Shown here piece after piece: positions 11,490-24,414 of a DNA stretch of 64,000 nt (position 1 is the first letter of the stretch; each line of letters starts with the position of its first letter). This DNA is from Octopus sinensis (lineage: Eukaryota): NCBI RefSeq assembly GCF_006345805.1, contig NC_042999.1, forward strand, positions 112,964,001-113,028,000. Direction: 5' to 3'. Below the pieces are notes generated by a model. The model worked only from the letters and a program-made list of their open reading frames with translations. It ran no database searches and was not told where the DNA came from. A program made the position numbers and the translations under genes.

Positions 11490-12073
11490 CTTTTCTACTC
11501 TAGGCACAAGGCCGGAAATTTTTGGGGAGGGGGCCAGTCGATTAGATCGACCCCAATACTCAACTGGTACTTAATTTATCGACCCCGAAAGGATGAAAGG
11601 CAAAGTTGATCTCGGCGGAATTTGAACTCAGAACATAAAGACAGACAAAATACCTATTTCTTTACTACCCACAAGGGGCTAAACACAGAGGGGACAAACA
11701 AGGACAGACAAACGGATTAAGTCGATTATATCGACCCCAGTGTGTAACTGGTACTTATTTAATCGACCCCGAAAGGATGAAAGGCAAAGTCGACCTCGGC
11801 GGAATTTGAACTCAGAACGTAACGGCTGTAAGAAATACCTATTTATTTACTACCAACAAGGGGCTAAACACAGAGGGGACAAACAAGGACAGACACACGA
11901 ATTAAGTCGATTACATCGACTCCAGTGCATAACTGGTACTTATTTAATCGTCCCTGAAAGGATGAAAGGTAAAGTCGACCTCGGCGGAATTTGAACTCAG
12001 AACATAACGGCAGTAAGAAATACCGCTAATCATTTCGCCCGGCGCGCTAACGTTTCTGCTAGCTCGCCGCCTG
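11490..12073 (-). mobile_element. SINE family A trimer with a 15-bp TSD
   Basis: Three ~184-bp units (registers 11548, 11732, 11917); full tRNA-like head only at 12071; ATAATACAGAATATT at 11475-11489 and 12074-12088. Confidence 0.9.
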
Positions 12074-12113
12074 ATAATACAGAATATTACAGAGGTATGC
12101 GTGCGTGCGCGTG

Positions 12114-12194
<81 letters not shown>

Positions 12195-12556
12195 GCGTGC
12201 GTGTGTGTGTGTGTGTGGTGTGTGCGTGTGTGTGTGTGTGCGTGCGTGTGTGTGCGTGTGTGTGTGTGTGTGTGCGTGTGTGTGTGTGTGCGTGCGTGTG
12301 TGTGCGTGTGTGTGTGTGTGTGTGAAGCTTTTTGTCAAATGCATATTCTATTATAATTGCTTCTGTTATAGGAAGTTGAAATTTTCGGGAAGGGTAATCT
12401 ATTATATTGACTCTTGTAATTGAATACAACTTAATTTTATCGAACTCCGGGACGACGAAAAGTAAAGACGAACTAAGCGAGATTTGAATTCAGAACATAA
12501 AAACTCGTAACAAATGTCGCAATGTATATTTTCCCGATATCCGAACAATCTTGACA

Positions 12557-12640
12557 ATCCACCTCTCTCAAATGTTATAATAAAATCCACCTCTCAAATG
12601 TTATAATAAAATCCACCTCTCTCAAATGTTATAATAAAAT
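12557..12640. repeat. ~28-bp minisatellite, three copies
   Basis: AATCCACCTCTCTCAAATGTTATAATAA repeated three times; the middle copy lacks CT. Confidence 0.9.
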
Positions 12641-12893
12641 AATAAATGCACTCTTTTAAAGCCTAGCCAGGCTCATAGGCCCGGTTTCCCGGTTTCAATG
12701 GCGTATGTCTTCCCCAGTTGGACGGGACGCCAGTCCATCGCAGCGTTACTCATTTTTGCCAGCTGAGTGAACTGGAGCAAGGTGAAATGAAGTGTTTTGC
12801 TCAAGAACACAACGCGTCGCCCGGTCCAGGAATCGAAACCACAATCTTACGATCATGATACTGACACCCTAACACTAAGCCACGCGCCTCCAC
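12640..12893 (-). mobile_element. SINE with a family C-type head and a different body
   Basis: GTGGAGGCGCGTGGCTTAGTGTTAGG...GGTTTCGATTCCTGGACCGGGCG..GTTGTGTTCTTGAGCAAAACACTTCATTTCAC...GCGATGGACTGGCGTCCCGTCC...GAAACCGGG; A/T-rich tail. Confidence 0.82.
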
Positions 12894-12904
12894 CTAAACT
12901 GTTA

Positions 12905-13705
12905 TATTGGTTTCAAGTTTTGGTGCAAGGCTTGCAATTTCGGGGGAGGGGGTTAAGTCGATTACATCGGCTCCATTTCTCAATTGTGACTAATTTTATC
13001 GACCCTAAAAGAGATGAAAAGCAAAGTCGAACTCAGCGGAATTTGAACTCAAAACGTGAAGACAGACGAAATGCCGCTAAGTATTTTGCCCGGAGTTCTA
13101 TCGATTCTTCCAGCTTACTGCCTTCTCTCATATGTTATTTTGGTAGTGCTTTCGATTATTCTCAGTAGAACACTATATGAAACATTCTAAAACGTTTAGT
13201 ATTTAATACACATATAAATCTCTTAGAACGTTTCTCGGTAACTTAAGGACTTCAGTGAAGTCTTCTTATAATAATGGTTTCAAAGTTTGGCATAGGGCCA
13301 GCAGTTTTTGAAGGGAAGGAAAGTTGATCACATTTCCTGCAGTACTTGACTAGCACTTATTTCATCGATCCCCGCGAAGATAAAAGGCAAAGTCGATCAC
13401 GGTGGAATTTGGACTTAGAACGCTAAGCAATTTGTCGGTTGTGCTAACGATTTTACCAGCTCGCCGCATTTTTCTTATAATAATCCATTTTACTATAGAC
13501 ACAAGATCTGAAATATTTGGGGAAAGGGACTAGTCGATTACATCGAACCCAGTGCTTGACTGTTGCTTGTTTCATCGACCCCCGAAAAGATGAAAGGCAA
13601 AGTCTATCTCACCGAAATTTGAACTCAAAACGTAAAGATGGACGAAATGCCACTAAGGCTTTTGTCCGGTATATTAACGGTTCTGCTGGTTCACTGCATA
13701 ATTCT
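12905..13705 (-). mobile_element. Three consecutive degraded SINE family A copies
   Basis: Copies at ~12905-13112, 13275-13470 and 13488-13705, each with ATCGACCCC..AAAG..ATGAAAGGCAAAGTCGA...GAATTTGAACTCA.AACGT. Confidence 0.82.
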
Positions 13706-14527
13706 TACTTATGATAATAATCTATTGAAGACAGCAAATAGAGAGAGACGTTAGAATGTTGGCTGGAATTACTTCGCGTTATTTCTTCCGATTTTCTGTG
13801 CTCTGAATTCAGTTCCAGTTGAGATTAACTTTGCCTTTTACCCATTTGGGGCAGATAAAGAAAACAGGGACCAATCAGGGGCATTTATAGGAACTGTTAG
13901 ATGATCGAACAAGATACTGTGTATTACCTGTGTTACTAGTGCCAAGCTGTTGGACCTTGAGTCGGCGGCCTTTCCTTGAATAACATTGGTAGTATAAAAA
14001 CGGAGAGACTTGTATGCATGGGCAACTGCCAATTTTCAGAAAAATCTTGCCCAGGCCTGCTTATATATATGTGTAAATTAACGGTCAAACATTCATTTAC
14101 ACAGTGAATGAAAGAAGATCACATTTATTTGATGTTCAAATAATTTTTGTCAATTTTAACTTAAATTTGTTATTGTTCAGCAGAACTTCGAATAGACTTT
14201 GTGTTAATTACGTATCTTTACGATCAAGAATTCACCTTCTTGGTCGATTTTGACGTTCATTCATTAAAAAAAGGACCATATTTACTTCCGGGAGCTGAGA
14301 GTGGCCCGATCTTTTCTAGGTGCCTGTTTTTACGACGTTTAGGTGCGTCCATTTTTGTTTTGTTTTTAAATATATTTTCAGATAAATGGGTTATGTATAT
14401 ATCATTTAATTTTAATTTGTTGTATTTTGTATTTCGTATTTTGTCTCACGTCAATTTGTTGCATGCGTACACCTCAGCATATTTGCTTGCAATCTATTAT
14501 TTGATGGTTTCTTGTGACCAATAGTGA

Positions 14528-14649
<122 letters not shown>

Positions 14650-14650
<1 letters not shown>

Positions 14651-16168
14651 CTTACAAAAAGCTATTGCATGCTAATATAGTTAACAGATACATATCTGAG
14701 ATGTGATACAGGTCTTCTCAAATCTGAAGGATCTTTCTTAGGATTCTTGCAGAATATGGGATGGAAACATTTTTTACGTATCTCTAATCTTAATTCAAAT
14801 GTCCTTCAACTTTTTAGATAACCATGTGAAAGTTGTGCCGTGTGCACCAGTTACCACCGAATTAATGTTCACCTTCTTATTCGACAATCTTTCCATAATC
14901 TCGCTAGGCCCTGACATTTCTTTATTTTCCCAATTTTCTTGAAAATTCAATGATCATACTGTGTTCTTTCTGTCTCCACGATTACATCTGGTCTCTTTAC
15001 CAGATGTAATTGTGGAGACAGAATATTATCAGTTTTCTCTCAGGAAAAATCCTATAAAATCCTCTAATTACCGTTTACCAAGCCAGCTTCTGGTTCATGC
15101 CCATATCACTCTCCATCGCTCATGATCTTAGTTAACATCACAATGTATTCTTTTTACTTTGATTTATACTCTTTTTGTGCTTGCTAACTGCACTTACTTA
15201 GAAGTCTTAGCTGTCCGATTGAGTTTTATCAAGCTTTGTGCTTATCAAATTCATTCTAATAGCTTGTCCTTGAGCAGCTGTAATCAGCCATTAAATTTCG
15301 CGTTTTAGATTTCCATCTTTCAGCCACAATCAGCATTCTTCAAATCCAACATTGTCGGTTTGTTGCATTGATTGGCGATGTAGTTCTTTCTCTTTCTTGT
15401 CGCTTTTCTTTCTGTTCTCGAAATCTCTCACCGTTTTAAATGATTCCCTTGTATTGTTAACCGCAGGTAATAGCCTTTAATCACTGTACACAACATCGTT
15501 TTTCAACCCCCAAATTGCAGTACTGATGAAATTTTCTGTATTAAACAAACTTCTACTCCTGTCTCTTCTTAATAAATAGAGCCTACCGATATTAATTTTA
15601 GTGTGGCGAGCGTTATGAATTGTGAACAGCATTCTAGTTCTCTTATCTAACTTCTCTAGTTCTGTCTTAGTTCACTGAAAAGAGAGGAGTAGAGTAGCTC
15701 AAGTAGCACAGTTTAAGTATTAGTTACTTAAATGATATTACCTTCATTTAATTTCAACACCTGCCCTAGGGAGATCTCCTCATTTATTTTTCATTGCCTT
15801 ATTTTTTTATCGCCTGCAGTATTCCTAATCACTTGTATCCTTCATTATCTTTCAGTGATCTAATGAAATCATCTTGTGGCATCTTTATCATTTCAGATTT
15901 AATCTATCTTTCGATATCTCTTAAAATTTATTATACACCGAACGGCATACCTACATCCTTGCTAAATATCCTTAGTGTTTGATTAAGAGAATCCAGATCT
16001 TTTAAATTTATGGCGTATAATTTAAGGTTCTCTGTAATGATTTTCTTCGCGTTCTTAGCAAACTCACAAGCAGGTCTGGATTTTTTTTCAGTATGGTTTC
16101 AGGGGAATTAGCAAAATCACGAAAAGTAATGGAAAGAGAGAAAGAGGGAGAGAGGGATATATATATGA

Positions 16169-16228
<60 letters not shown>

Positions 16229-17300
16229 GTGTGTCTCTCTGAAATATCCCTCTCCGTATTTTCACATTTCCAAATTGTTCACTTCCGCACTTTATTACCA
16301 ACGATCACATTATTTTTTCTACAAAACAGTTAATATCATGGACCCTAGGGGATTCAGGTACTCCAAAATCCAATAGCGTGACATAGTATCATGCGCCGTC
16401 TTCTAGTCTATGAAACCGATACTGCGTACTTCACTTAGCCTTATACTATTGATATATAATAGATCAGCAGTTTTACTTTGCATTTTTGGTAACAGATTTT
16501 CCTTCTTCAGAAAGCTATACAATTCATCTGTGGAATGAACTGTATGGCTTTCATTTATGATTGTTAAGATGAACAGTTAGCAATTTCCAGAGCAAGGGCA
16601 AGTACGTAATTGGTCAATTATTACCGACTTCCATTCCTTTTTTATCGACTCCCTTTTTTTTATCTTCCTTATTTAAAACACTTCTTTGTATCATCGATGT
16701 TGGTATTACATTTTCTTACAACCAATAAGAAACAGTTATATATAATAGTGTATGCTTGTCAGATTTTCGGGCCAGGATCCCTGAATACCTCGGGTCTAGG
16801 AGCTTTCCTGTTTGGTATCTTTTTGTATCAGTTTAACTTCTCATTTATGAAATCTATATTCTCTTGCGCTTATCTATTTTCCATTTGACTTTTAAACTTC
16901 AGAAATCAGTCTGCTTCAGTTATATTGGGTCACTCTGCTCCAAATATTTGGCCAAATCTTCGTTGTTGCTTTAGCTCATCGTATATAACTCGGTATATCA
17001 CTCTCCTAGTTTTCATTATGATTGTTCAGTTGTTGGTAAAATTTCCTTTCCTTGTTTCTGAAGACCTTGTTTTGCTGACGCTGATTTATTCTTTGTTGCT
17101 AACAAGTATCCTCACCTGACTTTGCTTCGGTTTTTGTCATCTTTTCTTTAGCATCCTGTATTACTCTGTATCTGAAGTTACACTTTCTTTCGCGCTTTCA
17201 TTCACCGTCGTCTTTTCAGTTACAATACTTATCCTTCTAATATCTTTATTAAGCTGTTCAGTTTGATTCTCAAGTCTCCTTTTCCTCCATGGCCTTTACC
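14650..17300 (-). mobile_element. Degraded R4/Dong-like non-LTR retrotransposon (RT plus restriction-like endonuclease)
   Basis: Minus-strand fragments in order: PWRKRRLE (~17290), KERKFYQQLN (~17050), GFID*KTAHDTM (IDYKKAYD-like, ~16410), RRGIFQRDTLS (GIFQGDSLS-like, ~16240), LKLYA..LDSLNQTLRIFSKDVGMPFG (~15990), GHEPE..RIL*DF (~15080), RPDVIV..MIIEFS (~14980), ERLSNKKVNINSVVTGAHG (~14860). (GA)n insertion at 16130-16230. Confidence 0.8.
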
Positions 17301-17529
17301 CTTTTCTTCTACTAAAATTCTAACTCTAAAAATTTCTATAGCGATTGAGACTGCACAGTATATGAAGTAATTTACATTCATTATATTCTTAGCTTAGATT
17401 TTTGTTAATAGCTCATTCAGTTTCTATACTGACTTTCGTAAGTTTTCACTTTCACTTACTCTCAGAGTAGGGCAGGTAATCTCGGCGTATCCCATTTGTT
17501 GTCTAATTTAGACGATAAAGTTCTTTACT

Positions 17530-17565
<36 letters not shown>

Positions 17566-17629
17566 GTTTTACTTCTCAGTGCTCTTGCTTTTAATTGCTC
17601 CAGTTAATTCTTCTTATTATTATTAACGA

Positions 17630-17832
17630 GGCGGCGAGCTGGTAGAATCATTAGCATACCGAACAAAATGCTTAGCGGCATTTCGTCCGTCTTTTTGCTC
17701 TGAATTTCCGTCGAGATCGACTTTGCCTTTCATCCTTTCAGGGTCGATAAAGTACCACTCGGGCATTGGGCCGATGTAATCGACTTCCACACATCAAATT
17801 TGCTGGCCTTGTGCCAAAGTAAAAAAAAAAGG
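17630..17832 (+). mobile_element. SINE family A
   Basis: GGCGGCGAGCTGGTAGAATCATTAGC...GAAATTCC-like B box...GACTTTGCCTTTCATCCTTTCAGGGTCGATAAA. Confidence 0.85.
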
Positions 17833-18339
17833 ATTATTGTTATTATTATTGATCGATTGATTCATTCACTGACTGATTGCTAACTTGTTAGGATGAGAAT
17901 TCAGGATATACTTCAAGTGTAACTAAAAGAAATAAGATTCACTTTCATTTTGTTCTGTACAGGGACATTTTATTGAACCATTTGGAAGTCTGCTTCGTAC
18001 CGAGGTAAGATATTAAAATCGATTTCTTAAATAATTCCATTTAAAAAAAATTTCAAGTCAATAATGACTTCTCGCTACACGAGAACCATCCACTAAAAAT
18101 TAACCATGAACAGAGCCAGAGAGCTTCCAAACGCATAAAAGTATATGCAAGAAATAAACCCCCATCCACCAAAAAAAAAACGGCATTTAAGCAAAAAATT
18201 GTAATAATATAAACCATACTTTGGCTACAAAAATAACAGCATTCGTACATACACACCCAAACACAAATCCTCAATCGTAATATCTCATTGAAAGTAGACA
18301 AGCATGGCAACATTATATCCTTAAAACGATGCCTTTCTG

Positions 18340-19340
18340 CCTGTATCTACTACCCTAGTATAAAAGAAAAGAAAATAACTTACTTATACTTTGCCAAAGC
18401 CACGAGAGATTTTTCGTGCTAGTCAAAGAAAAATTATAGTTTGCCCTCCCAGATACATAGAGTGAAAATTTCTTCATCGGAAGAGGTAAGCCATAAATGG
18501 TATGATATGGTACAAGGTGAGATTGCGAGCTCAGATAGGTCGATCCGTCTGGTAGTGCAAGGAAAGAGTTCTTGTTACACGAGTGGTAATAAAGACATTT
18601 TGAGAATTTTTATCCTAGAAGAAGAAGGAAAATAAAATAGAAAGAGAGCGGCAGGCACGCCAGAGACAGCAGAAGGTCCCAGAAGTGAAATTTGTGGTTG
18701 CTGTAGTCATTGCTTTCAAATCATCACTGGTCGCAGAGCTGAGTACAGATAGCCGGAACGGCAGCAAACGACGTTTTCTCATCAGGAGCCAATGGCGACC
18801 GAGGAACCGAGCGATCTCCTCCTCCTCCAGCAGAAGACCCGACAGAGACTACGAGCAACAGTACCAGGTCATCTTTTTGAGGTAATTAGGAAGGAATAAA
18901 GAATGAAGAAGCACGTGAAACAGTCGAGGACGGTAAGAAAAGAAAGAACCTAGACAAAAGATGAAGAAAAGACTGGCAGTTTATCATGACGAAGCGGCCA
19001 ATCTCACGGAGTGAGTGAACTTTAAAGTAATTCGAAGGGAGAACCCTAGGGTATTTAATTCAATGCTGACCATGAAAATAGACAAATCAAATACTGGACT
19101 GATTGAGAAGATGAGAGACGAGTGCATGCCACCCCAAGATGATAGAAAGTTTTTGACTACCATGTCAGCTTCCTATTAGCAGCTGAGGAATCGCGGTCTA
19201 GAGGATGTGGAGTCCTTCACTGCTCTGTTAAGCTCAACAATACCTATAAACATTTTTGGAGAACTCAACTTGCAGGCAGTGAGACACTGATACCACCCAA
19301 GTAGTCTTGAGACACTGATCCTACCCAAGTAGTACTTTCC
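18340..19340 (+). mobile_element. Probable decayed retroelement 5' region (unclassified)
   Basis: GC- and purine-richer island with codon-like texture but many stops; no motif I can name. Confidence 0.25.
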
Positions 19341-20534
19341 AACCATTGTGTAGGTGGCATGTTCTTATTTGGATTAATTTTGTATATCCAAATTCTTCAT
19401 CGGTCATAATCTATTTCGCTTTTGTCTCAACTGTTTATTACACACATACATATGCTCATTCCCATAGGCTTTCTTACCATTTTCGTTGTAGCACAGTTTG
19501 TGTCGTATGTGTAGGCTTTTTAGTCAATAAAGAAAAATTTTTTAAAAATTATTATTGTTGTTGTTGATGTTCACTATGAACGGTTACGTTTCACAGAGCA
19601 CCACTTAGAAGATTATTTTATATATAAAAAAATGTATTTGCTGTTCTTTTTACTAATTAAAAGCTCTGAAATACTTGAATGTCTCTTCCAATACCTAGAA
19701 TAATGGAATCTCTGGATAATTTCAAAGAGTTCCTGTCTGGTAGTGCGACAGAAGTCGAAGCACTGCCAGTTCGAGATAAACTCTACAGGAGTAAAAATCT
19801 GACCAGCCGGTACTGTACGTGATGCGCAGATCGACGAAACCGATCTGTTCACACTAAGTGTCCGAGCATTGTTGACTTGTGAATTTTTTTGAATAGCTAT
19901 CGTTGCCTGGAAGACAGACCTGGCTATCAACTGATTCCTTCAGAAAGATGGCTTTTCTTTGACCATCTAGGGCAGGCAGTTTTGTCCTGCCTGGTGTCTA
20001 TAACAAAAGACGTTGCTTGTTGAACGTGGCTGAAAGGATTGAAGACAGATACCTCTCTCTTCTGCCAAAACCTCATTGACTTTCTCACGTTCCATTCAGA
20101 GAGTAAGGTCAGTTGGAGAAGGAGACGCTACCTTTCAGTAAATTTTATGAAAGACGTGTGAAAGTGGCAAGCATGGTCTGAGTGGAGGGATTTACACATT
20201 GCATATGCCTGAAAATATACACTTTGTATACGCCTGAAGACTAAAAAATAAAGTGAAGGTTAGGTGTCAATCCTCCTTTAAAGATATGAAATTTTGCATG
20301 TTTGCATACTTTCACTTTATTTATGTTAACTTACATACACCTTGCAACTTTCCCTATGGGATGAACCGTTATTCGTCGCTCTTGTGACAAAAAAAATTAT
20401 TATTTGGACAATTCAAAGGAAAGTTACCGTCTTTCTTGCTCGTTCCTCAGGCAAGTATGCAGTGGTTATTTTTAATCTGTTGGTCTGTGCTATCAAAGTT
20501 GACGTTGTAGTTTGCATTCCATTCTTCCAGCAGT

Positions 20535-20625
20535 GATAAATTAAGTACCAGTTGCGTACTGGGTCGATCTAATCGACTGGCCCCACCTCTCCAAAAATTT
20601 CGGGCCTTAGAGTAGAAACGGATAT
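20535..20625 (+). mobile_element. SINE family A, 3' part
   Basis: GATAAATTAAGTACCAGTTGCGTACTGGGTCGATCTAATCGACTGGCCCC...GAGTAGAAA. Confidence 0.8.
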
Positions 20626-21966
20626 ATAGCTGCAGTCAAATACTGGTGATCGATGTAATAGATTATGTTCTGTATCGAGGATTGTCCCGATGTTTAGGAA
20701 TCATTATAATTTGATAGTATTAATTTAGTAATATTTTGCGACACCAGCGCCTGTTCTGGCACTAATATATATTATAATTTGACTATGGACGTAACTGCAA
20801 ACGTAGACAGGAAGTGGCAGTGAAAAAAAAAAATGTATAACAGTATAGCATGTAGCAGCTATATTTACATATTTCCTGTCAGCAGATGGTACAAGCTGGC
20901 TGGAATCCAAAAACTTTCGAAAGGATAAGGCAGAAAGCTAGAAAGCTGAATTTTATTGCTGCTTGTATGAGAAGCAGACTAGTTCTTTGATAGCATCTAC
21001 CTTGGCATCACGTTTTTAGTTCAAACCTGCAGGAGGCCGATGGAATAAACACGATTTTATTTTTAATATGACACAAGGGCAAATTAACAAATTCCCGTTG
21101 TTGTTCTTTAGTCTTAAGTTAGCCATGATCGGACAGGCATATGACCTAATGCATTTCAGCTGCGATCACTTCGTCTTTTCAGAAGGTACCTATGACTATA
21201 TTGTCTAATATAGCTTTTCATTAGTTAAGATGCCAGGACGTGTGATTTGATGGAGATTTGATTGCTATTTCTAGCAGGTTGAGCAGCATGTAGAAGCTCG
21301 TTAGACAATTATTTTATCGACTCTGGTAGGATATGAACTCTGGGCCGAAAGGAACGAAATTAAATTCAATAAAGTCTGTTGATGTAAAAACATTTCGCTT
21401 CGGTGTGGGTGACTCCAACTTAACAGAAGTGTGTAGAAGTATGAAGAATACATCACTAATTGACACTATTCACATGAAAAATGATCCTGTCATAAGTGCT
21501 TCGGTAAGCACCGTGAAATCTATTTTCCGCTGACGAAATCACAGCAGAATAAAAACATGTCTGGAAGTGTCACCTGTTTTTGTCAGAATAATAAAAATAA
21601 TATTAGTTTTAGACTAATATTGATTTTTTCTCCCTGCACAATTATTTATAGTTAGAGTTATAATACTCCTTGCATTAAATGTTATGCATACGTTTTTCAC
21701 CTTCTCCACCAGGTCTCAATGTAAGCAAGAAACAAATACTCTTTTTCATAACAACTTGTAAGATTCAACAGACTTAAATCTAGTACAAAAACTTGCTGTC
21801 CTTAGCTATTTTTGCAATGAGACAATAGCCTAGGCGCGCGCGTACACAGACGCACATACATGCTTATATAAATATGTGCGTGCGTGTGTATGTATATGCA
21901 CGCTAACTGTACGTGCATATTAGCTGTCCTTGCGCGCGCGCGTAAGAGATAGATAGATAGATAGAT

Positions 21967-22062
<96 letters not shown>

Positions 22063-22554
22063 GCTATTGATGTATTTCGGTATGAATGAACATAGTGAAT
22101 ATCAATGTGAATAGAGATGTGATGCCATGGTGATGTGGTACTGGAATGTATTTTACTGTGTTTTAAGTGAAGAAGTACATATTCAGATAAAAAGCTATCT
22201 GCTAAAGCGATAAATTTGTAGTGATATTGATATTCTCATGTTGGAAGAGACTTGTGGTAATCAAACTATACCACCCCGCATGAAGCGAGTAACCAAGCAA
22301 TCAAGCCAAACAACAAACGGTTGATCGACTTAACTTTATATATAGGAATTCGAAAGGATAGAGTTAGAATTAGTGGCGTAGCTAATAGAGGTGGCGTGAA
22401 GGGGAACGGCCTCTTCTCCAGAGCACATTTTTCAAAGTTGGCGCCTTTTCAGCAATTTTGTTTCATACATAATGACACAGTTACTAAAACACGAAATTAA
22501 TGAATGTATATTGCAATTACATATTTTTTTTATTAAAAAAATTAAAAAAAAATT

Positions 22555-24414
22555 TATTTATCTAGTTTCATCTCACAAGCTGTGGCCATGCTGGGGCACC
22601 GCCATTTGGTGTTGCTACATGATTTTACTTCACGAGTGCTTTTTAGCAATTGCAATTTGGTGCATGAGAGAGTTCGTTGCAGCTGTCCTCATCTGCACCT
22701 CCCGCCGGGAAGTTGGTTCATCTGGGATACCTGACAAGAAGAGATTCAGTTTCATTTTAAAGACATCTGCGTCCATCCCATGCATGTCTCTTAGGTTCTT
22801 CGAGAGGATATTGAAGAGCTGTGGGCCTCGGAAGCCCAGGCTATCACAGTATCTTGTCCTACATCTTGATGGTAAATTTGGAGTCCTTGGCACTATGCAG
22901 TGGCGCCCAGTTCTGGCATTTGTGTAACTCTCGATGCCAAAGTTTGGGACAAGTCCTTCTAGGATCTTCCAGATGTATATTATGGCATATCTTTCTCGCC
23001 TACGCTCTAAGGAATAGAGTCTCAATCTCTTGGGTCTTTCCCAATAGCTTATATGCTGCACAGAGGCTATCTTCTCCGTGTAGCTTCGTTGGATCGCCTC
23101 AAGTTCTGTGATTAACTTGACACTGGATGGTGACCATAGCTGAGAGCAATAGTCAAAGTGACTTAGGACAAGTGTCCTCCAAAGGACCATCATGGTTTCC
23201 TGATCTCTTGTTCTGAAGGTTCTAAGAATCCATCCGGTCAGCCGCCTACATTTCATTGCCAATTTAGCAACATGCACATGAAAGGTTGCGTCATCACTCA
23301 TGTAAATACCCAGGTCTCGCACTGATTGTGCCTCTGGGATTGCAGTCCCTCCAGGTCCAGTGTATTTATTGGGTATTGCATTTAGTTTTGCGTGCTGATA
23401 GCATAGAGCTTGAAACTTTTCAGCATTGAACTGCATGCTATTCTTTTCAGCCCACTTGTATATTTTGTCCAGCTCACATTGCAGGTGCTTAATGTCTTCA
23501 GGGTTCTGTATTGCCTGTGAAACTTTTGTATCATCTGCATAACTTGTGATTGTGGCTCTCTGCGTGGCTGAAGGCATGTCTGAGAGGGCCATTATGAACA
23601 GTAGTGGTCCCAGAACAGTGCCTTGCGGAACACCGCTCACTATTTGCGTGTTAATGGAAGTGGCCCCATTGGCTACTACCACCTGACTTCTATCCTTCAG
23701 AAAGTCATGAAGCCATTCTCCCAATTTTCCAACTATGCCAAGATCACGCAGTTTGTGACATAGCATTCCATGATCGACTTTATCAAAGGCCTTTGCAAAG
23801 TCGAGATATATGATTTCCACATTTGAGTGGTTGAGCAGTCGTTTCAGCACCCAGTCATAGTGTTGTAGGAGCTGAGTTAAGCAGCTTCTTCCTGGTCGGA
23901 AACCGTGTTGGGTGTCCGGCAGCAAGTCATTTTCTTCAAGGAAGGTGATTAGGTTCCTTCTGACTATTCGTTCCATGACCTTGCTGATGTGTGAGGTCAG
24001 AGAGATAGGTCTGTAGTTCCTCCGCTCTGTTACCTCCTTTATGAATAGGGCATATTTTACCTTCCTTCAGTTTTCTTGGAAGTTTGCCAGTTGCAAGGAA
24101 TCTCTGAAAGAGGAACTGCAATGGTCTTGCTAGGACTCTCTTACATACTTTTAGAACGATTGCTGGGAATCCATCTGGGCCAGTAGCTGAGTTTGTTTTC
24201 ATTTCATCAATAGCCTTTATTACATCGTCTTCCTTTATATTGATGTAATCAATCATCGCTGCCTCCGATTTTATATCTGCAGTGGTAAAGAAGTCAGTTG
24301 GATTGCTGACTTGAAAATGCCCTAGGGGTGGCGTGAAAATACTCTTGAATTGCTCATTTAGTATTTCACTTACCCTCATTGGATTTCCTGTGAGTGTGCC
24401 ATCCTTTTCAATAT
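22555..24414 (-). mobile_element. CR1-group LINE, 5'-truncated copy 2 (longest)
   Basis: ORFs 23936-24379 and 22630-23976: SATGPDGFP, QHGFRPGRSCLTQLL, YLDFAKAFDKVDH, SGVPQGTVLGPLLF, YADDTK, HFDYCSQLWSP, LYSLERRRERY. One frameshift near 24020; short 3' UTR. Confidence 0.95.
22630..23976 (-). pseudogene. CR1-group reverse transcriptase, 448-aa open segment
   Basis: Uninterrupted RT core and C-terminus to the stop at 22630; endonuclease absent because of 5' truncation. Confidence 0.9.

Noticed and set aside
11548-12071. Regularly spaced repeats suggestive of a CRISPR-like array
   Set aside because: Units are whole SINE segments with no unique spacers, no cas genes, and the context is eukaryotic.
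18770-18790. Minus-strand CTGATGA-GAAAACGTC as a hammerhead
   Set aside because: No stem II between the core halves and no stem I.
19613-19930. 105-aa minus-strand ORF as a host exon (also 59738-59938 and 10499-10855)
   Set aside because: No recognisable domain, no consistent exon chain, and lengths compatible with chance.
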